From an uncultured Woeseiaceae bacterium (GTDB lineage Bacteria > Pseudomonadota > Gammaproteobacteria > Steroidobacterales > Woeseiaceae): DNA of 46,061 nt. The notes under the pieces are model-generated. The model was given only the letters and a program-made list of their open reading frames with translations. It searched no databases and was not told the origin of the DNA. The stretch is taken from NCBI GenBank assembly GCA_964462665.1, contig CAYWYT010000001.1, positions 1-46,061 of the forward strand, in the 5' to 3' direction. Below, piece after piece: positions 15,065-22,800 of the stretch; positions within the stretch are counted from its first letter, which is position 1; the number at the start of each line of letters is the position of its first letter. The translations under genes and the position numbers were made by a program.

Positions 15065-16020
15065 GGATTACTCGTCGTCGAATGTGAAGCAGGAGTTGCA
15101 CGCATCGTTAATCTCGCAAGCCGGCCTAAATCGATATCGCCCGTCTTGTAAACCAGTTCGGCTAGCGCTCCATTTAGGAGCAGAAACACGCCGAGGGCGA
15201 GAAGCAATATGCCCGTACCAGCAGTTGCAAGCGGCATCTGCGGCTGCGAGAACAAAGCGAACACGCTAATAAAGAGACAGGCCAGACCGGCGGCAATGAA
15301 TGGCAATGACAAAATAGTGAACCACAACATGGGTCTGCTGGAGAAAGAAACTATCGTTTTAATTGTGAGCAAGTCAACCAGCACCTTATAGATTCTTCCC
15401 AGGCCGTACTTCGACTCGCCAAACTGGCGCGCATGGTGGCGGACCTTAACTTCGGCAACGCGGGATCCCGCCAGAGATGCCATAGCCGGAATGAACCTGT
15501 GCATGTCTGAGTACAAAGGAATTTCTTTAATTACTCTAGCTCGATAGGCCTTTAGAGAGCAGCCGTTGTCCTTGATGGGGACACCAGTAATTTTTCCAAT
15601 CATCCAATTTGCGATGCGCGACGGGATTTTTCTCGTAATCAGTTTATCTTGCCGATTAAAACGCCAGCCTACGGCGATGTCGAAGCCTTCCTCTAGCTTG
15701 GACACCAGCATGTCGATATCACGAGGATCATTCTGTAAATCGCCGTCCATTGTCACGATGACCTCGCCGACCGCGCAGTCAATACCCGCTGCCATCGCCG
15801 GCGTCTGACCGTAGTTGCGACGAAAACGAACAAGCCTCAGATTTGGATCTTGTAGAGCAATTTCTTTTGCAAGCTCAAATGTCCGATCTTTGCTGCCATC
15901 GTCAACAAAAATAATCTCATAGAGGTAATTGACTTCCGACATTGCCGACGCAATGGCAGCGTGCATGGCTTCGACACTTTCTTCTTCATTGAAAAGCGGC
16001 ACAACAATGGACAAAAACAT
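15061..16020 (-). CDS. GT2-family polyprenyl-phosphate glycosyltransferase (ArnC/GtrB/DPM1-like)
   Basis: LSIVVPLFNEEESV..EIIFVDDGSKDRT..RNYGQTPAMAAGID.A.GEVIVTMDGDLQNDP..DNGCSLKAYR..MHRFIPAMA, plus two C-terminal TM helices. The start was trimmed to ATG 16018-16020 (MFLSIVVP). The track ORF runs to 16167, across the divergent promoter. Confidence 0.85.
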   Translation of the reverse strand: MFLSIVVPLFNEEESVEAMHAAIASAMSEVNYLYEIIFVDDGSKDRTFELAKEIALQDPNLRLVRFRRNYGQTPAMAAGIDCAVGEVIVTMDGDLQNDPRDIDMLVSKLEEGFDIAVGWRFNRQDKLITRKIPSRIANWMIGKITGVPIKDNGCSLKAYRARVIKEIPLYSDMHRFIPAMASLAGSRVAEVKVRHHARQFGESKYGLGRIYKVLVDLLTIKTIVSFSSRPMLWFTILSLPFIAAGLACLFISVFALFSQPQMPLATAGTGILLLALGVFLLLNGALAELVYKTGDIDLGRLARLTMRATPASHSTTSNP

Positions 16021-16130
16021 TCTCTGTCGACCCGTAGACTGACCTTGTAAGCAAAGCATTGTATAGCAGATCGTGAAAGCACCAACGACTGACTTCACAA
16101 TAACCTGATGGATGGCGGCGAGTGTCGGAG

Positions 16131-16146
16131 TGTGACCCAGTTCACA
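16131..16146. promoter_or_regulatory. perfect CRP/Vfr/Clp-type site TGTGA-N6-TCACA
   Basis: TGTGAcccagtTCACA lies in the 162-bp divergent gap between ATG 16020 (-) and ATG 16183 (+). Confidence 0.55.
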
Positions 16147-16182
16147 CTTTTGCAATATCGCATTCATCGGATACGTGGCATA

Positions 16183-17079
16183 ATGCCGAGCGACGCCTCT
16201 ATAAAAATCAATTACTTAACTGGCGACTTCACGTTATCTTGTGGTATCTCGGCGGGACAAAAATTGGGCAACGACATTACCATCCTGGACGCTCATGTCC
16301 ACATACACGATTGCTTCCCAATCGTGGATTTTTTGAACAATTCACGGCGCAATTTCTGTCAGGCCGCGTCTCAAGACCACCCGAACTCAAGTTTTACGGC
16401 TGTACTAATGTTGACCGAGTCTTACGGTGCTGACTGGTTTTCAACCCTCGCTGAACTGGCCGCCAAGAAGGCCGGCGTCAACGGACAGTGGTCACTGACG
16501 GGCACCGCGGAGCCGCAATCAATGATCGCACGAGATTCTGAAGGCGGCGAATTGGTCATCATCGCGGGCCGACAAATTGTCACGGCCGAACGTCTGGAGA
16601 TTTTGGCGCTGGGAATCACCGATTTACCACCTGACGGCATGCCGATTAGGGATGTCATTCACGACGTGCAAACATACGGTGCGCTCTGTGTACTTCCTTG
16701 GGGCTTCGGCAAGTGGACCGGCAAGCGTGGCCAGATTGTTGCCAACATCTTGGCTGAAGACCAGGGAGATAATTTTTTTCTTGGTGACAACGCGGGACGT
16801 TTGGGTCTGTGGCCCGATCCACCGGAATTCCGGATTGCACGGGACTCCGGCATACAAATTCTGCCAGGCTCGGACCCTCTTCCCTACACCAGCGGCGCAA
16901 TGTCACCTGGACGATTCGGCTTCGTACTATCTGAGCCGTTGGATCAGGATCGTCCGTTTTCATCGATTCGGCGATCACTGGTCGACGAGTCGAAACAAGC
17001 AAAGCCGTACGGTCGCCTTGAGGGATTAGTGCCGTTCGCGACTAACCAAATTCGTATGCAGCTGAGAAAACTGCAGTGA
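16183..17079 (+). CDS. hypothetical protein, possible metal-dependent hydrolase (HxH motif)
   Basis: ILDAHVHIHDCF near the N-terminus (amidohydrolase/PHP-like HxH) and LPGSDPLPY late in the protein. No firm family assignment. The start was trimmed to ATG 16183 (track: 16108). Its stop overlaps the next GTG (GTGA). Confidence 0.5.
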   Translation: MPSDASIKINYLTGDFTLSCGISAGQKLGNDITILDAHVHIHDCFPIVDFLNNSRRNFCQAASQDHPNSSFTAVLMLTESYGADWFSTLAELAAKKAGVNGQWSLTGTAEPQSMIARDSEGGELVIIAGRQIVTAERLEILALGITDLPPDGMPIRDVIHDVQTYGALCVLPWGFGKWTGKRGQIVANILAEDQGDNFFLGDNAGRLGLWPDPPEFRIARDSGIQILPGSDPLPYTSGAMSPGRFGFVLSEPLDQDRPFSSIRRSLVDESKQAKPYGRLEGLVPFATNQIRMQLRKLQ

Positions 17080-18254
17080 AGCGTAAAGTACTGGTGTTGG
17101 CGCCGCAGCCGTTTTTCAGCCCGCGAGGTACGCCTTTCAGCGTTTACTACCGCACCATGGTGCTTTCGGAACTTGGGTACGAGGCCGATTTGCTGACCTA
17201 TGGTCAGGGACAGGATGTCGATATTCCCGGTGTCAGAATCATTCGCATACCTGCCTTTTCTTTTCTGGGCAAGGTCAAGACGGGACCGTCCGCACTAAAA
17301 GCATTTCTCGACATATTTATGTTCCTCTGGACAGTTGGGCTTTTGCTACGCAGGCGCTATGCATTCGTGCACGCTCACGAAGAGGCCGTCTTTTACTGTC
17401 GGTTTTTGAAGCCGATTTTTCGATTCAAGATGATTTACGACATGCACTCCAGCTTGCCGCAGCAGCTGGATAACTTCGAATTTACGAAATCAAGATTGAT
17501 TAAGAAGATTTTCAAATGGTTGGAAGATTCTTCGCTGCGCGCCGCAGACGCGGTCATAACTATTTGTCCGGACCTTTCCGATTATGTGATCGACCAGATC
17601 GGTGATGACCCAAAGCACACATTGATAGAAAATTCGATTTTTGAGCCTGTGCGACTTAAGGATCGTAAGGAAGGCTCAAACGCCAATGTGACTGCGATGC
17701 AATTCAGCCCTGACAAACGACTTGTTATTTATGCAGGAACATTCGAAAGATACCAGGGGTTAGACTTGCTTGTGCCCGCCTTTGCTCAGGTGCTGCGCGA
17801 AATTCCAGATGCATATCTACTGATGATCGGTGGTGAATCTGAGCAGGTCGATCAGATGCGCCAGTTGGCTCAGGACGGCGACTGCGGTGACAGTATTTTA
17901 TTTACCGGTCGCGTTCCTCAGTCTTTGGCGACGCATTACAACTCAATCGCGCATGTCCTGACTTCCCCTCGTTCCGCGGGAACGAATACGCCTCTCAAAG
18001 TGTACGAACAACTGGCAAGCGGCAAGCCGCTCGTCGCAACACGTATCTATTCACATACCCAGGTTTTGTCGGACGAAAACTCATTTCTCGTGGATCCGAC
18101 AATTGACGATCTGGCGAGGGGCATCGTATTAGCGCTCTCCGATGAACAACTGGTCGCTGAAAAAGTCGCCGCGGCAAAACGCCTGTATGAAACTGAATAC
18201 TCCCGATCGGCGTATGTTTCAAAGATGCGGCACCTATTGGATCGTTTGAGCTAA
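17076..18254 (+). CDS. GT4-family glycosyltransferase
   Basis: KVLVLAPQPFFSPRGTPFSVYYRT..LSELGYEADLLTYG at the N-terminus. The C-terminal half has the GT-B pattern (..TSPRSAGTNTPLKVYEQLASGKPLVATRI). Confidence 0.8.
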   Translation: MKRKVLVLAPQPFFSPRGTPFSVYYRTMVLSELGYEADLLTYGQGQDVDIPGVRIIRIPAFSFLGKVKTGPSALKAFLDIFMFLWTVGLLLRRRYAFVHAHEEAVFYCRFLKPIFRFKMIYDMHSSLPQQLDNFEFTKSRLIKKIFKWLEDSSLRAADAVITICPDLSDYVIDQIGDDPKHTLIENSIFEPVRLKDRKEGSNANVTAMQFSPDKRLVIYAGTFERYQGLDLLVPAFAQVLREIPDAYLLMIGGESEQVDQMRQLAQDGDCGDSILFTGRVPQSLATHYNSIAHVLTSPRSAGTNTPLKVYEQLASGKPLVATRIYSHTQVLSDENSFLVDPTIDDLARGIVLALSDEQLVAEKVAAAKRLYETEYSRSAYVSKMRHLLDRLS

Positions 18255-20140
18255 TGTGTGGAATCGTTGGTATCGCGTCGTTCCCGGGCGGGAGCGTCCC
18301 GAATCAGGAAGAATTATCGCGCATGTGCAGTAGCATCCTGCATCGCGGCCCGGATGAAGACGGCCGTGAAATTATCGGTTCTGTCGCACTGGGTATGCAG
18401 CGCCTTGCAATTATCGACCTCGATGGCGGTTCGCAACCAATTCGAAACGAAGACGGTACCGTCCGTGTCGTCTTCAATGGAGAGATCTACAATTTTCAGG
18501 AGATTCGTCGCGATCTCGAACACGCCGGGCATGTGTTTCGCACCAACTCCGATACTGAAATTCTCGTTCACGCCTATGAGCAATACGGAGACGACTTTGT
18601 CCAGCGCTTGAACGGCATGTTCGCTTTTGCGCTACATGACATGGCCAGGCGACGACTACTGATTTCTCGCGACCACCTCGGCATTAAGCCGCTGTTCTAC
18701 TACAAATCGGCCAATCACCTCGTTTGGGGATCAGAGATAAAGGCACTGTTGGCCACTCGGCGGGTGCCGCGAGAGATTGACCTCAACGCCGTAGGCGAGT
18801 TCTTTGCCTGGGAATACGTGCCCGGTGCCGGAACGCTTTTTAAGGATATTTACAAGCTGGAGCCTGGTCATACTTTGGTGGTTGACCTCGATTCAGGCGA
18901 TATCACGGACTCGTGTTATTGGGACTTACCGCTTGAACCCGAAGATTCATCGCTAAGTGAGGCTGAATGGATCGAGCGCGTCGACGAGACACTTGTCGAG
19001 GCGGTGCGGCGGCAGATGATATCGGACGTTCCACTTGGAGCATTTCTGAGTGGAGGCGTGGATTCGTCACTCGTCGTTGCGGCGATGGGTGATGCGAAGA
19101 CCTTCAGTATTGGATTTGATGATCCTTCTTATAACGAACTCAAGTACTCGAAGGAGGTCGCCGAACACCTCAACGTCTCTCATACAACCGAGGTTATTCA
19201 GCCGCAGGTCGCCGATCTGTTCGAGCACCTTATGAATTTCATGGATGACCCGATCGGGGACTTCTCGATATTTCCGACCTACCTGGTGTCGAAACTTGCG
19301 CGCGAACACGTCACGGTCGCCTTGAGTGGCGATGGTGGTGACGAGCTATTTGGCGGATACGAGACCTATCTGGCCAATGACATGGCGAGAACATACGCAC
19401 GTGTCCCGGCGCCAATTCGGAACCGCATGGTAGAGCCAATCCTGAATCGATTTAGCCCAAGACCGGCGAAGAAGGGGCTTATCAATAAAGCGAAGCGCTT
19501 CGTGGAAGGGATGCACGAGCCTGAATCGCTGGGTCATGCACGGTGGCGAATCTTCATGAGCGATGAGCAACGCAAGGGCTTCTTCAGTAATGATGCGTAC
19601 GACGCTATCGACCGCAGTGCCGGAGCGCACATCCTGGCGCTGTATGAGAAAGCGCGGAATCTCCAGCCGCTGAATCGAAGCCTGTACGTTGATACTCGCA
19701 GCTATCTTGTCGACAATTGTCTCGTCAAGACAGACCGCATGTCCATGGCAGTATCGCTTGAAGCGCGGGTGCCTTTTCTGGACGTAAAACTGGCTGAACT
19801 CGCCTTCCGCATCCCGGAAAAATTCAAGATTGAGGGCCGTGAGACGAAAGCGCTGCTGAAGAAGATAGCATCCCGCAAGATACCTCGAAGCTGTGTTTAT
19901 CGGCCCAAGGAAGGTTTCTCCATTCCGATCAAGCACTGGCTCGGAACGCAATTCCGTCCCTTTCTGGAACAAGCCACTAATCCCGATCGACTGAGCGAGG
20001 CCGGCCTGTTTGACGTGCATACAATCGCCCGAATGAAGCGTGAACATCTTGAAGGATCAGCTAATCACAGTCATGTATTGTGGTCTCTGATTGTATTTGA
20101 TCAATGGAAGTCAAAGTGGCTAGAGGGAACACTGCCTTGA
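18254..20140 (+). CDS. asparagine synthase (glutamine-hydrolysing) family amidotransferase
   Basis: MCGIVGI start (Cys2 nucleophile), RGPD, GEIYN, and the PP-loop LSGGVDSS. Full length at 628 aa. The ATG overlaps the upstream TAA (TAATG). Confidence 0.9.
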   Translation: MCGIVGIASFPGGSVPNQEELSRMCSSILHRGPDEDGREIIGSVALGMQRLAIIDLDGGSQPIRNEDGTVRVVFNGEIYNFQEIRRDLEHAGHVFRTNSDTEILVHAYEQYGDDFVQRLNGMFAFALHDMARRRLLISRDHLGIKPLFYYKSANHLVWGSEIKALLATRRVPREIDLNAVGEFFAWEYVPGAGTLFKDIYKLEPGHTLVVDLDSGDITDSCYWDLPLEPEDSSLSEAEWIERVDETLVEAVRRQMISDVPLGAFLSGGVDSSLVVAAMGDAKTFSIGFDDPSYNELKYSKEVAEHLNVSHTTEVIQPQVADLFEHLMNFMDDPIGDFSIFPTYLVSKLAREHVTVALSGDGGDELFGGYETYLANDMARTYARVPAPIRNRMVEPILNRFSPRPAKKGLINKAKRFVEGMHEPESLGHARWRIFMSDEQRKGFFSNDAYDAIDRSAGAHILALYEKARNLQPLNRSLYVDTRSYLVDNCLVKTDRMSMAVSLEARVPFLDVKLAELAFRIPEKFKIEGRETKALLKKIASRKIPRSCVYRPKEGFSIPIKHWLGTQFRPFLEQATNPDRLSEAGLFDVHTIARMKREHLEGSANHSHVLWSLIVFDQWKSKWLEGTLP

Positions 20141-21117
20141 GAAAAACTCTTGTAACCGGCGCGACCGGGTTTACGGGCGGCAATGTCGCGAAACGTCTCG
20201 TAAAAGAAGGGAACGATGTTGTTGCATTCGTCCGCGAATCGAGCGATACGGCCGGCCTGGAGTCTATTGGCGTGGAATGCCGTTGCGTCGATATCCGCAA
20301 CGACCGTGATGTTGAGAGGAATTTCGCGGGCATCGGCCGGGTGTTTCACATTGCGGCAGCTTACAGGTCCGAACATGCAGATCACGGCGAATTTCACGAT
20401 GTCAATGTCAACGCAACTCGAAATTTGCTGGAGGCTTCCGTCAAGAACGGTGTCGACCGCTTTGTGCATTGTTCCACGGTTGGCGTCCAGGGCGAGATCG
20501 AGGATCCGCCAGCGTCAGAAGATTACCGCAATAATCCGGGTGATCATTACCAAGAATCAAAGCTCGACGGTGAACTCCTGGCGCTGGAGTATTTTCGAGA
20601 TCGCCTGCCGGGCTGCGTCGTGAGGCCGGTCGGAATTTATGGCCCCGGGGATACTCGATTCCTGAAGCTATTCAAGCCTATTCAGAAGGGCCACTTCGTC
20701 ATGATCGGTAAGGGCGATGTTCTCTATCACATGACGTATATCGACGATCTCGTCGACGGCTTCATGCTGGCCGGTGAGAATGATGCCGCGCTCGGCGAGG
20801 TATTTACAATCGCTGGCCCGGAATATTCGACGATTGGTGCTCTGGTCGATACGATTGCCGACGTCCTGGATAAGCCGCGTCCCCGACTGCGTGTGCCCTT
20901 CGCACCCGTTTATGCCGCGTCGGTTGTCTGTGACGTGATGTGTCGTGCCATTCGGATTAATCCACCACTGTATCCCCGTCGCGTTGAGTTCTTTGAGCTG
21001 GATCGAGCGTTCTCGACCGACAAGGCACAACGTATGTTGGGGTACAAACCAAAAACCAGCCTCCGGGACGGCATAGCCCGAACCGCCGCCTGGTATCGCC
21101 AGAACGGTCTGATTTGA
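20104..21117 (+). CDS. NAD-dependent epimerase/dehydratase (extended SDR)
   Basis: LVTGATGFTGGNVAKRL (GxxGxxG) and YQESK (YxxxK). The start is uncertain: ATG 20104 overlaps asnB by 37 nt, and TTG 20137 gives a TTGA overlap. Confidence 0.85.
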   Translation: MEVKVARGNTALRKTLVTGATGFTGGNVAKRLVKEGNDVVAFVRESSDTAGLESIGVECRCVDIRNDRDVERNFAGIGRVFHIAAAYRSEHADHGEFHDVNVNATRNLLEASVKNGVDRFVHCSTVGVQGEIEDPPASEDYRNNPGDHYQESKLDGELLALEYFRDRLPGCVVRPVGIYGPGDTRFLKLFKPIQKGHFVMIGKGDVLYHMTYIDDLVDGFMLAGENDAALGEVFTIAGPEYSTIGALVDTIADVLDKPRPRLRVPFAPVYAASVVCDVMCRAIRINPPLYPRRVEFFELDRAFSTDKAQRMLGYKPKTSLRDGIARTAAWYRQNGLI

Positions 21118-22623
21118 ATGGCGGCCCTAGCTCGCAACCCGACGGCGCTGGAGCGTGAATCCTTCGACATCATTGTGATTGGCGGTGGCATTTACGGGGC
21201 GATGTTGTCTTTGGAAGCAGGCCGCTATGGACTTCGTTCACTGATGCTGGAGCGCTCCGACTTCGGCGGCAGCACTAGCTTCAATAATCTTCGCATCGTG
21301 CACGGTGGCCTTAGATATCTGCAGACCCTGCATTTGTCCCGTTTTCAGGAGTCGGTAAGCGAGCGCCGCTGGTTTTTGCAGCACTTTCCCGATCTGGTCC
21401 GCCCCCTCCCCTGCATGATGCCTCTCTATGGTGGCTTGGTACGAAACAAAGCGGTAATGCGTGCTGCCCTGACCGCTAACGATTGGCTATCCAATTCCAG
21501 GAATGTCGCTTTACCACCTGAATGCCGACTGCCCAATGGCCGTATACTAAATTCGGCGGATACCATTAATAAGTATCCGCTCGTTCGTCGCGCCGGACTG
21601 AACGGTGCTGCGCTGTGGTACGACGCCGTTATGCCCGAGTGTCATCGGGTTCTTATGGAGGTTATGCACTGGGCCGCCGAATCAGGTGCAGCCGCTCTAA
21701 ATTACGTCGAGGTGGACAAGCTGATCCAATCCGGTCGCCGCGTCACGGGCGTCATTGCGTCCGACAAGATAAGCGGCGTTCAGCACGAATTCCGGGCCCC
21801 CGTAGTTGTAAACGCGGCTGGACCGGATTCTGTCCGGTTATTGAAACGTTTCGGTATCGACATGCCGAAACTCTTTCGGCCATCCTGGGCATGGAATCTG
21901 CTGTTCGACCGGGAATCGCTATCACGGAGTGCGTTGGCAATTCAGCCGCCAACACCCGGTGGCCGAATGTATTTTGTCCATTCGTTTGGCGGCCGGCTGT
22001 TTGCCGGAACCGGCCACGCACCCGCTAAGGCCGACGACGTATCAATCCTGGCATCGTCAGACGAGGTGTTGGCGATGATCGGCGACTTAAATTGTGCAAT
22101 ACCTGGGCTGCGGCTTGAGGCGTCAGAGATCAATCGGGTGTTCGCCGGTCGCCTTCCAGTGAAGCATCCCGGCAGTATTGAGCTGGCTGACACGGCAACA
22201 CTCGTGAATCACGCCAAGCAAACGGGGATAGACGGCTTGTTCACTGTATCCGGCGTTAAATACACCACCGCCCGATCAACCGCTGCGGCCCTTATTCGAC
22301 TTATCGTGGAGTCACTCGGCGATCATCCGGCGCGCCGCGAAACAGCGTTACCCAGTCGTCCAACGCCTGTCGAATTCGATTTGCGCAGCGACAGTATCGC
22401 GACCCCTCAAAATCGGGAGAGCCGGCTGAGATATATGATCGAAGCTGAAGCGCCGACATCGCTGGAAGATCTGTTGATGCGCCGCGGCAACCTTGCGGAC
22501 GACAAGTCAATGGCCGAATACCTTGCTGATGACGCCTGCTCTGCTTTTGGCTGGGATAACGAGCGCTCGAAGCTGGAGAAAACGTCTTTGTTGCGGAGTT
22601 TTTCGGCAGGGCGGGCAATTTGA
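21118..22623 (+). CDS. FAD-dependent oxidoreductase, glycerol-3-phosphate dehydrogenase (GlpD/DAO)-like
   Basis: FDIIVIGGGIYGAMLSLEAGRYGLRSLMLERSDFGGSTSFNNLRIVHGGLRYLQ matches the GlpD N-terminal pattern. The ATG directly follows the upstream TGA (TGAATG). Confidence 0.75.
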   Translation: MAALARNPTALERESFDIIVIGGGIYGAMLSLEAGRYGLRSLMLERSDFGGSTSFNNLRIVHGGLRYLQTLHLSRFQESVSERRWFLQHFPDLVRPLPCMMPLYGGLVRNKAVMRAALTANDWLSNSRNVALPPECRLPNGRILNSADTINKYPLVRRAGLNGAALWYDAVMPECHRVLMEVMHWAAESGAAALNYVEVDKLIQSGRRVTGVIASDKISGVQHEFRAPVVVNAAGPDSVRLLKRFGIDMPKLFRPSWAWNLLFDRESLSRSALAIQPPTPGGRMYFVHSFGGRLFAGTGHAPAKADDVSILASSDEVLAMIGDLNCAIPGLRLEASEINRVFAGRLPVKHPGSIELADTATLVNHAKQTGIDGLFTVSGVKYTTARSTAAALIRLIVESLGDHPARRETALPSRPTPVEFDLRSDSIATPQNRESRLRYMIEAEAPTSLEDLLMRRGNLADDKSMAEYLADDACSAFGWDNERSKLEKTSLLRSFSAGRAI

Positions 22624-22800
22624 TGGTCAATTCAGGCTAAATGGCCAATCTGTGACGGCCTGCTCATGGGCTAGTGTGAAAGAGTACCGATCTGTGATGT
22701 GAATTAGATCATCATAAGTCTACTGGATATTTGGCAAAATTCGGGGTTGGTGTCAGGTATCGAACAAATCGCATTTGTACGGACAAACGGAATTTAAAGA

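Noticed and set aside
16021-16182. N-terminal extensions given by the ORF track (15061-16167 and 16108-17079; also 7505-7615, 8691-8774, 33148-33243, 36178-36252, 42290-42442)
   Set aside because: The extensions overlap divergent or upstream genes, precede the point where family homology begins (for example MFLSIVVP, MRIVMVGD, MTKTLETASVVI) and cover the putative operator sites. Internal ATG starts were preferred. These choices are inferences, not proven.
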